Of a stretch of 64,000 nt of DNA, positions 45,772-55,715 are shown in pieces; position 1 is the stretch's first letter; every line of letters starts with the position of its first letter. A model generated the notes under the pieces. That model worked only from the letters and a program-made list of their open reading frames with translations, was not told the origin of the DNA and ran no database searches. The position numbers were made by a program, and so were the translations under genes. The DNA is from Gammaproteobacteria bacterium (lineage in GTDB: Bacteria > Pseudomonadota > Gammaproteobacteria > Steroidobacterales > Foliamicaceae). The stretch covers positions 5,869 to 69,868 of the forward strand of contig JAPPHC010000026.1 of assembly GCA_028821145.1 (NCBI GenBank), read 5' to 3'.

Positions 45772-47268
45772 CTATTGCCTGCCGGGAAACGCGAACTGCG
45801 CCTTCTCGCGGATGCCCCCCGACGGCCAGCGTTGCGTGACGGTCTTGCGCCGCGTATAAAAGCGAACACTGTCGGGTCCGTAGGCGTACAGGTCGCCGAA
45901 CAACGACCGCTTCCACCCGCCAAAGCTGTGACAGGCCACCGGAACCGGTAGCGGCACGTTGATGCCAACCATGCCGGCCTTGATCTTGTCGGCAAAGTAG
46001 CGCGCGGCTTCGCCGTCGCGCGTGAAGATGCAGGCGCCGTTGCCGTATTCGTGAGCGTCGATCAGCCGCATGGCCTGTTCCTCGGAATCGACGCGAACGA
46101 CGCAGAGTACCGGCCCGAAGATTTCCTCCCGGTAGATGCGCATTTCCTGCGTCACGTTGTCGAACAGGCAGGGGCCGAGGAAGTAACCGTCTTCGTGACC
46201 GGTGACAACCCGTCCCCGGCCGTCCGCCACAAGAGTCGCGCCTTCTTCGACACCGATATCGACGTATCCGCGCACCTTGTCGCGATGCTCCTTCGTGACC
46301 AGCGGTCCCATCTGGTTCCTCGTGTCCGTGCCGGGGCCGACATTCAGCTTGGCAACCTGTGCGCTGAGCTTGCTCACGACATCGTTCGCGACTTCGTCGC
46401 CAACGCATACCACGACCGAAATGGCCATGCAGCGCTCTCCGCTGGAGCCATAGGCCGCTCCGATCAACGCACTGACCGTGTTGTCGATGTCGGCATCCGG
46501 CATCACGACGGCGTGGTTTTTTGCGCCGCCCAGCGCTTGTACGCGCTTGCCGTTGGCCGTACCCGTCGAGTAGATGTACTCGGCAACCGGCGTCGAACCG
46601 ACAAAACTGATCGCCTGGACGCGCTCGTCGTTGAGCAACGTGTCCACGGCTTCCCTGTCGCCATTGACCACGTTGAACACGCCGGCGGGCAAGCCGGCTT
46701 CGCTGAACAGCCCGGCAATCAGCAGCGCCGGCGTGGGGTCTTTCTCCGAAGGCTTGAGTACGAACGTATTGCCGCAGGCGATCGCCATAGGGAACATCCA
46801 CATCGGAACCATCGCCGGAAAGTTGAACGGCGTTACGCCGGCGACGACACCGAGCGGCTGGTGATCCGACCAGGCGTCGATTCGAGGGCCTGCGTTCTTC
46901 GAGAACTCACCCTTCAGCAGTTCCGGCGCGCCACATGCGTAATCGACGACTTCAACGCCGCGCTGGAACTCGCCCATCGCATCGTCGAGCACTTTGCCGT
47001 GCTCGTCCGTGATCGCAGCGGCGATCCGTTCCGCGTTCTCCTCGAGAAGCTGCTTGAAGCGGAACATGATCCGGGCCCTTTTTGCCGGCGGCGTGTCGTG
47101 CCATCCCTGGAACGCAGCCTGCGCGGCGGCAATCGCGCCCTCGACCGTCGATTTGCCTGCCATCGCGACGTGGCGCGAGACGATTCCCGTCGCGGGGTTG
47201 TATACCGGTCCCGGTCTGTTCGAATCCGATACCCGTCTGCCGTTGATGTAATGACCGAGCACTTGCAT
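45772..47268 (-). CDS. mmsA: Methylmalonate-semialdehyde dehydrogenase (CoA-acylating)
   Basis: GVVAGVTPFNFPAMVPMWMFPMAIACGNTFVLKPSEKDP and the catalytic-Cys region GERCMAIS. The ATG at 47268 lies directly after the upstream stop. Confidence 0.9.
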   Translation of the reverse strand: MQVLGHYINGRRVSDSNRPGPVYNPATGIVSRHVAMAGKSTVEGAIAAAQAAFQGWHDTPPAKRARIMFRFKQLLEENAERIAAAITDEHGKVLDDAMGEFQRGVEVVDYACGAPELLKGEFSKNAGPRIDAWSDHQPLGVVAGVTPFNFPAMVPMWMFPMAIACGNTFVLKPSEKDPTPALLIAGLFSEAGLPAGVFNVVNGDREAVDTLLNDERVQAISFVGSTPVAEYIYSTGTANGKRVQALGGAKNHAVVMPDADIDNTVSALIGAAYGSSGERCMAISVVVCVGDEVANDVVSKLSAQVAKLNVGPGTDTRNQMGPLVTKEHRDKVRGYVDIGVEEGATLVADGRGRVVTGHEDGYFLGPCLFDNVTQEMRIYREEIFGPVLCVVRVDSEEQAMRLIDAHEYGNGACIFTRDGEAARYFADKIKAGMVGINVPLPVPVACHSFGGWKRSLFGDLYAYGPDSVRFYTRRKTVTQRWPSGGIREKAQFAFPGRQ

Positions 47269-47269
47269 G

Positions 47270-48706
47270 TCAGGCAATCGCAAAGCTGTGTGACACGTTT
47301 TTCACGATCATGTAGTTGTGCAGTCCCTCCGTGCCGCCTTCGCGGCCGAAGCCGCTGTGCTTGACGCCACCGAAGGGCGTCTCGGGCAGGGACGCTTCCA
47401 GCGTATTGATCGAAACATTGCCGGCCTCGAGTTCCTCGACGAGCCGGTCGGCATAGTCCGCGCGGTTGGTGAATCCGTACGCAGCGAGCCCAAACGGCAC
47501 GGCGTTCGCACTGCTGATGCCTTCGTCGAGCGACGCAACCGGGTTTACGACGGCAAGCGGGCCGAACGGTTCTTCCTGCATTACGCGCGCATCGTCCGGC
47601 ACGTTTGCCAGCACGGTGGGTTCGAAGAAGTACCCCTTGTCGCCCATCCGGTTCCCGCCCGTCATGAGTCGGGCGCCTTTCGCCACCGCGTCCTCGACGA
47701 AGTCCGCCAGTGCAGGCGGCCTGCGTTCATTGGCGAGCGGTCCCATTTCCACGCCGGCGTCGACGCCGTTGCCTACGACGGTTTCGGCTGCGCGGCGGAC
47801 AAAAACGTCGAGGTATCGGTCGAAGATGCTCTCATGCACGAAGAAGCGCGTCGGCGAGGTGCAGACCTGGCCCGCGTTTCGCATCTTTCGCACGGCGCCG
47901 CTGACTGCGGCCGTTTCCACGTCCGTGTCCTCGCAGACTATCACGGGTGCATGCCCGCCGAGTTCCATGAGGACCGGGGTCATGTTCTGCGATGCCAGTG
48001 TTGTCAGGTGTCTGCCGACCGCCGTGGATCCGGTGAAAGCCACGAGACGCACCCGGTCCTGGCGGATCAGGTAATCGGAAATCTCGGACGGCGTACCGAA
48101 CACCAGGTTCAGTACACCGGGCGGCAACCCCGCGTCATGTAGCGCTCTCGCAATTTGCAGCGCGCCGGCCGGCGTTTCCTCGGCAGCCTTGAGAATGAGG
48201 GAGCATCCGGAGGCAATGGCGCCGGCCACCTTGCGGCAGGGCTGGCTCATCGGGAAGTTCCAGGGCGAGAGACCGAGCACCGTGCCGATCGGCTGGTGAT
48301 GGACGATATACCGCACACCGGGAGCGCTGGGTATCACGCGTCCGTACGTACGGGTTGTCTCGCCCGCATCCCACTCGAAGAACTCGCAACCGCGAATCAC
48401 CTCGAGCCTCGCCTGTGGCAAGGGCTTGCCGTGCTCGGCGGTGATTGCGGTGGCAATTACCTCCTGGCGTTCACGCATCAGCGCGGCCGCTCTCAAGAGG
48501 ACATTGGCTCGTTCAACGGGCGGCGTTTTGCTCCACACCCTGAAGCCTTTCCCCGCGGCCTCGAGCGCGTCGTCCAGATCGCTCCGGTCGGCGTGCGGCA
48601 AGCGGCCGATTTCATCCTCGGTCGCCGGATTCAATACCGGGAGGTCGCCGGCCGTCTTGCGCCAATTGCCGTCGATGTAAAGATTCAGGTCCGGGTAACT
48701 GCTCAT
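47270..48706 (-). CDS. NAD(P)-dependent aldehyde dehydrogenase (succinate-semialdehyde dehydrogenase-like)
   Basis: MELGGHAP (catalytic Glu) and GQVCTSPTRF (catalytic Cys). SPWNFP motif. Confidence 0.88.
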   Translation of the reverse strand: MSSYPDLNLYIDGNWRKTAGDLPVLNPATEDEIGRLPHADRSDLDDALEAAGKGFRVWSKTPPVERANVLLRAAALMRERQEVIATAITAEHGKPLPQARLEVIRGCEFFEWDAGETTRTYGRVIPSAPGVRYIVHHQPIGTVLGLSPWNFPMSQPCRKVAGAIASGCSLILKAAEETPAGALQIARALHDAGLPPGVLNLVFGTPSEISDYLIRQDRVRLVAFTGSTAVGRHLTTLASQNMTPVLMELGGHAPVIVCEDTDVETAAVSGAVRKMRNAGQVCTSPTRFFVHESIFDRYLDVFVRRAAETVVGNGVDAGVEMGPLANERRPPALADFVEDAVAKGARLMTGGNRMGDKGYFFEPTVLANVPDDARVMQEEPFGPLAVVNPVASLDEGISSANAVPFGLAAYGFTNRADYADRLVEELEAGNVSINTLEASLPETPFGGVKHSGFGREGGTEGLHNYMIVKNVSHSFAIA

Positions 48707-48795
48707 CGCTTGCCTCGCATGCCTGGCTTACAGCGAGATTGACACCCGCCTGCCATACGATCAAGCGATTTCAGTGAATTCAGATATACAAATAC

Positions 48796-49734
48796 CTAAT
48801 AGCTGACTTCGTGCAGGGCCTTGAGGAATTCGAACGCCGCCGGCGACAGGCTGTCCGGCCCGCGGTAGGAGATGCCTACCGACCCCTTGCCGAAGGGAAC
48901 GGACCAGTCGAGTTCGACGAGAAGTCCGCTGGCGACGTCCTGAGCCACGACGTGCTCCGGCATCAGCCCGACGAGATCGAGTTCCTGGAACAACGATCGA
49001 TTGGCCAGATACGAGACGGACTCGAGCACCCTGGGCGGAGCGTACTGGCCCTTGCTGACGAAGTACTGGTCGATCTGCCGCCGCAAGGTCGTTTCGGGAG
49101 GCGGGAGAATCCAGCCGAACGGCCGGATCTGTTTGAACGTTACCGACTTCCTGCCGGCCAGAGGATGCTGTTTCCCGGCGACCGCCACGACCCGCGCGTC
49201 AAAGAGTTTCTCCTGCACGAGCTCAGGCCTCGCCCTGAATGCGGGAAGCCGGCCGACGATCATGTCGATCTCGCCCGAATACAGCGCGGGCATCAGCGCA
49301 TCATTCGTGCCCTCGACGACCTTGATTGCGACATTCGGTCGTTCGGCGATTGTTTTCCTGATCGCGCTGGGCAGGAGGATGGGTGCGGCAGCGATCAGCG
49401 TCCCGACAACGACCCGCCCGCTGCTTCCCTCGGCCAGGTCGTCGAGTTCCTGGGCGGCATTGGAGACCTGGCCCATGATCAGTTTGCCATGGCGAATCAG
49501 CGCCTCCCCAAAGTCGGTCGGGATGACGCCGCGATTGGTACGCCTGAACAACTGCACCTCGAAGTCCAGTTCGAGATCCTGGATGAGTTTTGTCGCCGCG
49601 GGCTGCGATATCTGCAGTTCACGGGCCGCGTGCTGGATGCTTCCGAATTCCCCCACCGCCACCAGCAATCGCAGTTGCTTGAGCTTCAGGCGCGTGATCG
49701 CGCGATCGACGATTCGGGTATGGCGGGCATTCAT
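48796..49734 (-). CDS. LysR-family transcriptional regulator
   Basis: N-terminal HTH LKLKQLRLLVAVGEFGSIQHAARELQISQPAATKLIQDLE. About 310 aa. Confidence 0.92.
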   Translation of the reverse strand: MNARHTRIVDRAITRLKLKQLRLLVAVGEFGSIQHAARELQISQPAATKLIQDLELDFEVQLFRRTNRGVIPTDFGEALIRHGKLIMGQVSNAAQELDDLAEGSSGRVVVGTLIAAAPILLPSAIRKTIAERPNVAIKVVEGTNDALMPALYSGEIDMIVGRLPAFRARPELVQEKLFDARVVAVAGKQHPLAGRKSVTFKQIRPFGWILPPPETTLRRQIDQYFVSKGQYAPPRVLESVSYLANRSLFQELDLVGLMPEHVVAQDVASGLLVELDWSVPFGKGSVGISYRGPDSLSPAAFEFLKALHEVSY

Positions 49735-49744
49735 GCAAATCCCC

Positions 49745-50536
49745 CTAGAAACGGATGCGTTGCGCTTCCTGCTCCAGGCTGCCGACGACGCTCATTGCCG
49801 CCAGCGCCGAACTCTTCGGATTGCCGGGCAGTGCGTTGCCCCTGATCTCGAACGAGAACCGGCCGAAATCGCCCGTAGCCACGATCTCGTGGATGTTCCG
49901 GTCCACGTTCGGGTCGGCGATCAGCCTTACCCGGGTCTGGTCGAATCCGGCGCCGGCGAGCGCCACGGCGGCGGCCACGTTGGCGTTCTCGGGATATTGA
50001 ATGGCCGCGGCACGCGCCATGCCGTCGAAATGGACCTGCGCGTCACCGGCGAGACTGTCAAGATCGAGTTTGTCTTCGGCTGGCGAGCCCTTCCAGGCCT
50101 TCGGCGGCTTGCGGCCGGTGTAGGTGACGGACTGCAGGTTGCCGACGCGCGCCGCCCGCAGGCAATCAAGCGCACCGATCGCCCCGCTGACGATATAAAT
50201 CGTCGCGTTACCTTCCGCGGCGGCCCGGTCCAGGTCGCTGTAGAGCCCTGCATCCGCCAGCCCGCCCACCGATACCGTCGTAAGGTCGATACCGCGGCGA
50301 AGTATTTCGGGGCCGTGGATCTTCAGCGCAACGTGGCCCCCGCAATCGATCATGTGGTCGATGTCGTCGGGCAGATCGGCCGCGGATGAGACGCACACGA
50401 AGTCGGGGAACTCGCCGGCGGCCTCCTCCACATCTTCCGGAAGAACGAGAAGCGCACGTACCGCGAATCCCCTGCGTTTCAGCTCGTCCCGTACGTAGCC
50501 GCCGATCGCTCCTGTGCCGATGACTCCAATCTGCAT
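49745..50536 (-). CDS. Aspartate-dehydrogenase-family (NadX-like) protein
   Basis: MQIGVIGTGAIGG...; C-terminal ...NIHEIVATGDFGRFSFEIRGNALPGNPKSSALAAMSV resembles L-aspartate dehydrogenases. Shine-Dalgarno GGAGGA. The stop lies 10 nt before the lysR-type gene's start. Confidence 0.78.
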   Translation of the reverse strand: MQIGVIGTGAIGGYVRDELKRRGFAVRALLVLPEDVEEAAGEFPDFVCVSSAADLPDDIDHMIDCGGHVALKIHGPEILRRGIDLTTVSVGGLADAGLYSDLDRAAAEGNATIYIVSGAIGALDCLRAARVGNLQSVTYTGRKPPKAWKGSPAEDKLDLDSLAGDAQVHFDGMARAAAIQYPENANVAAAVALAGAGFDQTRVRLIADPNVDRNIHEIVATGDFGRFSFEIRGNALPGNPKSSALAAMSVVGSLEQEAQRIRF

Positions 50537-50580
50537 GATTTCCTCCGTCTTGGAATTGCCATTATCGCAGTACCAAGCGC

Positions 50581-50609
50581 ACTTGATATCAGTATTTTAT
50601 ATATCAAGT
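50581..50609. promoter_or_regulatory. LTTR-type T-N11-A palindrome in the divergent promoter region
   Basis: ACTTGATAT-N11-ATATCAAGT has 9-bp perfect arms. It lies 45 nt from the AspDH-like ATG and 42 nt from the DapA-like ATG. Confidence 0.45.
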
Positions 50610-50650
50610 TCCGGCCATTCGGCCTGAACTTCGCGTATGTTGCTTTGGAC

Positions 50651-51610
50651 ATGGCCGCCAAATACTCTAAGCACGACGCCAAGGACTACGCCCGGGAGAA
50701 CATGCGCGGAATCTGGGCGGCGGCGCTGAACCCATTCAACGACGACCTGTCATTCGACGAGGCGGGCCTGCGCTCGAACATCCGGCACTGGATCGACGAT
50801 CTCGGCATCGAGGGCCTGTTCATCGCGGGCAAGCAGGGCGAGTACTTCTCGATGAGCCTCGCCGAGCGCAAGCGCAACTTCGAGATCGCGGTCGAGGAGT
50901 GCGCTGGCAACGCCGGCGTCATCGTGTCGGTATCGGATCAGAATTTCGACACGGTCAAGGAGCTGGCGCATCATGCCGAGGACTGCGGCGCCGACTACAC
51001 CGTGGTTCACGCACCTGTCCTGAGTTTTGTCCACGACCGGGGCGAGGTGCTCTACCGGTACTACAAGGCGCTGTGCGATGAACTCGACATCGGTATCGCA
51101 ATGTGGAGCCACCCGGACTCCGGCTACCTGATGCAACCCGAGGAGTGCGCACGCATTGCGGAATTGCCCAACATCGTGGCCATCAAGTATTCCGTGCCGC
51201 GCGAGATGTACGTCAGACTCACGCAGATGGTCGGCGACACGATCCAGGTCTCGACGTCGGCCGAAGACGACTGGCTCGAGAACATTGAAGAACTCGGCTG
51301 GCGGCTCTACCTCTGCTCCTCGCCGCCGTATCACCTGCAGACGAAAAACGACAGGCGCATGGACGAATACACGCGCCTCGCATTCGCCGGGAAGTTCGAG
51401 CAGGCGCGGCGCGTTCGTGACAGTCTCAACCCGGTGCGCGAAGCCATGGCGCGATCGCGCCCGGCCGACAAACCGCAGGCCTTCGGCAAGTACTGGCAGG
51501 AACTGCTCGGTCAGACCGGCGGGCGCGTGCGCCCGCCCATGCTGGAGCTGACCGACGCCGAGAAATACGCGATCGACAGGGCTTTCGAATCCTGCGGCCT
51601 CAAGCGGTAG
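50651..51610 (+). CDS. Dihydrodipicolinate-synthase-family (class I aldolase/dehydratase) protein
   Basis: GLFIAGKQGEYFSMSLAERK (equivalent to GTTGE) and the Schiff-base Lys context NIVAIKYSV. ATG at 50651; the track start is a TTG at 50645. Confidence 0.85.
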   Translation: MAAKYSKHDAKDYARENMRGIWAAALNPFNDDLSFDEAGLRSNIRHWIDDLGIEGLFIAGKQGEYFSMSLAERKRNFEIAVEECAGNAGVIVSVSDQNFDTVKELAHHAEDCGADYTVVHAPVLSFVHDRGEVLYRYYKALCDELDIGIAMWSHPDSGYLMQPEECARIAELPNIVAIKYSVPREMYVRLTQMVGDTIQVSTSAEDDWLENIEELGWRLYLCSSPPYHLQTKNDRRMDEYTRLAFAGKFEQARRVRDSLNPVREAMARSRPADKPQAFGKYWQELLGQTGGRVRPPMLELTDAEKYAIDRAFESCGLKR

Positions 51611-51655
51611 AGGCCCTCTCCGATCGCCGATTGAAGGACGCCGCCCGTCCGGCGC

Positions 51656-52219
51656 CTACAGGTCCACCCAGCCTTCCGGCGGCTTGCCCTTGCCCGGATG
51701 CAGTTCGCCGCATTTTCGACAGGTCCGCGCCTTCTCGTCCGCGTGGAACGCCGCGAAAATCTTCGGCAGCGTCTCGACGATGGCGCCCGGATTCGTCAGG
51801 GACACCTCCACGCGGTGAACCCGGGCCTGGCAATTGAAGCAATACCAGACAAAGGCGTCCTTCATGCCCATCATGCGCGGCGACTCCACGACGATGCCGA
51901 TCGATCCCTCCTGCGGCCGTTGCGGCGCATGGATCGTATGCGGGGGAAGGAGAAAGACCTCTCCTTCGCGAATCGGCAGATCGTAGATCCCGCCCTCGCC
52001 GGCGATCTTCAGGATCATGTCGCCCTTCAACTGGAAAAACCACTCTTCCACCGGATCGTCGTGAAAGTCCACCCGCGTATTCGGTCCGCCGATGACCATG
52101 ACGATCATGCCGCCGTCTTCGTGCAGCAGTTTGTTGCCGACGGGCGGCTTGAGCTGGTCGCGGTTTTGCCTGACCCAGCGATTGAAGTTGAATGCCCGGA
52201 AAGTCGGGTGAACGTTCAT
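51656..52219 (-). CDS. nbaC: 3-hydroxyanthranilate 3,4-dioxygenase
   Basis: Cupin core VDFHDDPVEEWFFQLKGDMILKI...EGEVFLLPPHTIHAPQR, plus the C-terminal rubredoxin-like CFNCQ...CRKCG site typical of bacterial HAO. Confidence 0.85.
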   Translation of the reverse strand: MNVHPTFRAFNFNRWVRQNRDQLKPPVGNKLLHEDGGMIVMVIGGPNTRVDFHDDPVEEWFFQLKGDMILKIAGEGGIYDLPIREGEVFLLPPHTIHAPQRPQEGSIGIVVESPRMMGMKDAFVWYCFNCQARVHRVEVSLTNPGAIVETLPKIFAAFHADEKARTCRKCGELHPGKGKPPEGWVDL

Positions 52220-52272
52220 GCAGCGCGAGTTCCGAAAGCCAACCACCGAATTATCGCGCCTGTCTTCGTTCC

Positions 52273-54756
52273 CTAGCGCGACGCAACGGCGCCGAATCGG
52301 AAACTTCCGGTCGCGTAACACTCGCGGCCCCGGTGATGAATCCGCTCACGAATATCGAAAGTCGTGTTGTGGAGACCGGCCACGACGTATTGCTCGTCGC
52401 CGATATTGGTGCAGGCCAACAGGGCGGACCAGCGTTGACCGGGGGATTGCCAGGCCAGACTCAGGTTGATCAGCGTTACGCTGTCCGCCTGCGCGATGTC
52501 CGGCGTATTGAGCGCATCGTTGTAGTAGTCGCTGCGAAAGGAATAGTCCAGCCTGGGCGTGAACGTTCCCATGGGCGTGGCAAAGTCACGGGCAACGGAC
52601 AGGAAACCCGTCCATTCCGACACGCGTTCGAACTTGCTGTCCAGCGTGATCTCGTCGGCACGCTCGTCGACGGCCTCGAACGCCGGGTCGAGCCATCCGA
52701 GCCCTGCTTCAAGGTAAATTCCGTTGGTGGCCAATAAGCTCAGTTCCACTTCCATCCCGTCGATTCCGGCCTCGGCCGCGTTACGGAAGATGGGCGCGGT
52801 ATTGCCACCGGACGGATCGAAAATGGAAACCTGGATGTCCTTGTAATCGGTCGTGAAGAGAGCCCCGTTGAGACGCAGGCGATTGCCCAGGCCCGTGAAT
52901 TTCCATCCGAACTCATACGAGGTCACGAACTCCGGGTCGAAGGTCGGAACGATGGTCAGCGGGGGAAAGACACGCTGCGTGAACCCGCCGCTCTTGAATC
53001 CTTCCGACCAGGTGGCATAGAGCATCAGATCATCGGTCGCGTGGAAGGACACGTTGAGCAGCGGCGTTGTTTCGGTGATTTCAAACTCCTCCGTCACGAA
53101 CGGCAGGACGCGGGCGCCGACGCCGAAGGCCGGACGGTCGGGAACGTTGTCGCCGTCGGTGTCTACCGCCGTCCTGTCGGCGAGTATGTACTGGTCGGGG
53201 GAGAAGCTTTTCTTCTCGTCCGTGTAACGCAGGCCCAGCGTGGCGCGCCAGCGGTCGCTCAGGTCGTAACTGGCCTGCGCGAACACGGCATTGCTCTCAT
53301 TGTCGAATTCGCCGCCGCTGCGCACGTCCGCGGGCGGGAAGAAGACGTCGTTGACGTTCAGCCCGTCTTCCGAGAACAGGTACAGGCCGACGATCCAGTT
53401 CAGGCGGTCCGAAAGACCGGTCCCCAGCAACTGCAATTCCTGGGCGAACTGGTCCTGTTCGTAGGTGTCCGTCAACAGGACGATCGGCAGCGGGGAATGG
53501 TCGCCATCGCGGGAGAATTCGCCTTCCAGAGTCCTTATTGACGTTATGGACTTGACCTGCAGATCGTCATTCACGTCCCAGGTTGCCGTCAGCGCATAAC
53601 CCGCCGTCTCCAGGTCGGAGACCGTGCGTGCCGTGCCTGCATCGCGGCCATCGCCCAGTATGTATTGGGCGTTGTAACAGGCCGGGTTGCCGGGATTGCC
53701 GGCGCCGCTGAAAGGCTGGCCGGGAATCTGCGTGAGGCAGTCGGCGCCGCTGGTGATGCCGAACTGGGGCAGCACGATGGCCTGAATCCAGTTGTGCAGC
53801 AAGGCGAAGTTGTCGACCGGCGTCAGCGAATTGATTCCCAGGGCCGCTATCTGCCGGCCGATGGCTGCGGGATCGAAATTGCCGTTCGCGTCCACCGGGT
53901 TGTAGAAGAACGACCCGTAGCCGATGGCCGTAAGTTCCATGGGCGGTCCGTTTTCGCGATCGCGACTGAAATCGACGCTGAAATCGAGACTCAGCCTGTC
54001 CGTCAGCTCGCCGTAGAACCGCAACCGGCCCGTGAGGGTATCGTCGTCGCCGAGGCTGACATCGTCGGCCATGCGGTGCACGTATCCGTCCTGGCTCAGC
54101 CTTGCGACCGAGAACCTTGCGCCCGAGTTGTCGGACAGCGGGAGGTTTCCGCTGAAGCGAACGTCCTGGCGGTCGTCGCTGCCGAGCTTCACGTCGACGC
54201 TCCCGGCGAATGCGTCACCCGGCGCCTGCGTGATGATGTTGATCGCGCCGCCGGTCGTGTTGCGACCGAACAGCGTGCCCTGCGGCCCGCGAAGTACTTC
54301 AATGCGTTCGATGTCCAGCACGTCCAGGACCGCGCCCAGGGAGCGGGCAACGTAAACACCGTCGATGTAAATACCCACGCCGGGGTCCACGGTGGGAACG
54401 AAATCCTGCTGGCCGATGCCCCGGACATAGACGGCGGCCGCCGAATTGGATCCGCTGTGGCCGGGGCTGTTCTGAAAGGTCATATTGGGGACGTAGTTGG
54501 CCAGGTCATCCATCCGGTCGACGCCGCGAGCCTCCAGGTCTTCGCCGCTGAAGGCCCTGATCGATATGGGCGTGGACTGCAGGTCCTCCGTTCGCTTGCG
54601 GGCCGTCACCACAATCTCCTCGAGGGTGATTTCCTCCGCGGCGCGGGAGTCGCCGGAGTCGATCTGGGCTGCGCCGAATACAGGACACAAGCCAAGCAAC
54701 AGAATGGCCGGCGCGGCGCCGGCTCCGGTCCGGATCATTTTGGAATCGGGAGTCAT
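52273..54756 (-). CDS. TonB-dependent receptor
   Basis: GGAGGA Shine-Dalgarno sequence. After the signal peptide: LEEIVVTARKRTEDLQSTPISIRAF and RIEVLRGPQGTLFGRNTTGGAINIITQ. C-terminus ...SFRFGAVASR. Confidence 0.9.
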   Translation of the reverse strand: MTPDSKMIRTGAGAAPAILLLGLCPVFGAAQIDSGDSRAAEEITLEEIVVTARKRTEDLQSTPISIRAFSGEDLEARGVDRMDDLANYVPNMTFQNSPGHSGSNSAAAVYVRGIGQQDFVPTVDPGVGIYIDGVYVARSLGAVLDVLDIERIEVLRGPQGTLFGRNTTGGAINIITQAPGDAFAGSVDVKLGSDDRQDVRFSGNLPLSDNSGARFSVARLSQDGYVHRMADDVSLGDDDTLTGRLRFYGELTDRLSLDFSVDFSRDRENGPPMELTAIGYGSFFYNPVDANGNFDPAAIGRQIAALGINSLTPVDNFALLHNWIQAIVLPQFGITSGADCLTQIPGQPFSGAGNPGNPACYNAQYILGDGRDAGTARTVSDLETAGYALTATWDVNDDLQVKSITSIRTLEGEFSRDGDHSPLPIVLLTDTYEQDQFAQELQLLGTGLSDRLNWIVGLYLFSEDGLNVNDVFFPPADVRSGGEFDNESNAVFAQASYDLSDRWRATLGLRYTDEKKSFSPDQYILADRTAVDTDGDNVPDRPAFGVGARVLPFVTEEFEITETTPLLNVSFHATDDLMLYATWSEGFKSGGFTQRVFPPLTIVPTFDPEFVTSYEFGWKFTGLGNRLRLNGALFTTDYKDIQVSIFDPSGGNTAPIFRNAAEAGIDGMEVELSLLATNGIYLEAGLGWLDPAFEAVDERADEITLDSKFERVSEWTGFLSVARDFATPMGTFTPRLDYSFRSDYYNDALNTPDIAQADSVTLINLSLAWQSPGQRWSALLACTNIGDEQYVVAGLHNTTFDIRERIHHRGRECYATGSFRFGAVASR

Positions 54757-54786
54757 TGCGCGTTCCTCCAGGGTGTTTCTTGGCGG

Positions 54787-55518
54787 TCAGTCCCTGCCCG
54801 CCTCAATGAGCTTTTCGGCGAGCAGTCCCGGGCTCGTAAGCAGCGCCTCGTGGTCGCCGGGCATCTGGACCAGCCGGTAAAGCCCGAGCCGGTTCGACAT
54901 GCGCGGATGCCAGCCGGTTTCGGGTCCCGGCGGCAGGGCGATGTCTTCCGTGCAATTCAGATAACTTCGAGGCAGGTCGAGGGCAAAAAAAGCCTTCAGG
55001 TCCAGCTTGTCCCTGAACGGCTGGGCCGGCTGGGGCGAAAAATGGGTTTCCCACAACTCTCGCGCCGCGCCGAAATCAACGCTGTTGAAGAAGGCTTCAC
55101 GACAGACTTCGAAAGGCAGCGTGAAGGAGTCGTCCGGGCTTTCGGCCAATAGATGATCCACCAACGCGCGGTAGTGCGGCGGGTTCTCGTCGAGCAGGCA
55201 CTGCCCGTCCAGCAGGACGAACGCGTTGTAGAACACCAGGCGGCGCAGCCGGTCCGGCACCGCCTCGGCCACCTTCTGGATGATGGAACCGCCGTAACTG
55301 TGGCCGACCAGAATTACGTCCGAGAGTCCGGAGTCGCGGATCAGGTCCACCACACCCCCGGTACAGCCCGCGTGCGTCATGCCCGTCTTGTCCACGCCGT
55401 GACCGTGACCGTTCAGCGTCGGAGCGGCCACCTCGTGGCCCGCACGGCGAAGATGACCGGCCACGTCGTCCCATCCGGATCCGTCGTGCCAACCGCCATG
55501 TATCAATACAAACTGCAC
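54787..55518 (-). CDS. Alpha/beta hydrolase (methylesterase/SABP2-like)
   Basis: FVLIHGGWHDGSGWDDV and the nucleophile elbow LVGHSYGG. The GTG at 55518 with GAGAGGAAAGGA upstream is preferred over the ATG at 55551. Confidence 0.78.
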   Translation of the reverse strand: MQFVLIHGGWHDGSGWDDVAGHLRRAGHEVAAPTLNGHGHGVDKTGMTHAGCTGGVVDLIRDSGLSDVILVGHSYGGSIIQKVAEAVPDRLRRLVFYNAFVLLDGQCLLDENPPHYRALVDHLLAESPDDSFTLPFEVCREAFFNSVDFGAARELWETHFSPQPAQPFRDKLDLKAFFALDLPRSYLNCTEDIALPPGPETGWHPRMSNRLGLYRLVQMPGDHEALLTSPGLLAEKLIEAGRD

Positions 55519-55604
55519 ATTCCTTTCCTCTCGCGTCGGCCTCGATCGCACCGATCAGGCAATGCGATCGATGTCTTCTTATAGTCCCGGGAGCGCGAAA
55601 ATGG

Positions 55605-55624
55605 ACCTGTCGATTGCGACAGGC
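55605..55624. promoter_or_regulatory. lux-box-like palindrome (CT-N12-AG)
   Basis: ACCTGTCGATTGCGACAGGC, with 7-bp perfect arms CCTGTCG/CGACAGG. Nearby are a minus-strand TATAAG (55583-55578) and a plus-strand TATAAT (55670-55675). Confidence 0.5.
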
Positions 55625-55715
55625 AGCCGGCGGCCCGTAGCCGGCGGAACGGCCGCGAAAATGCTGTTCTATAATCGTTTTCCGCCGGGACACCCGGTCA
55701 CAATCCGGGCCCGGC

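Noticed and set aside
49745-52219. The idea that the AspDH-like gene and 3-HAO form a de novo NAD (quinolinate) biosynthesis cluster
   Set aside because: No nadA/nadC, kynurenine-pathway or ACMSD genes are present. The two genes are on separate, convergent or unlinked transcription units and sit in catabolic-looking contexts.
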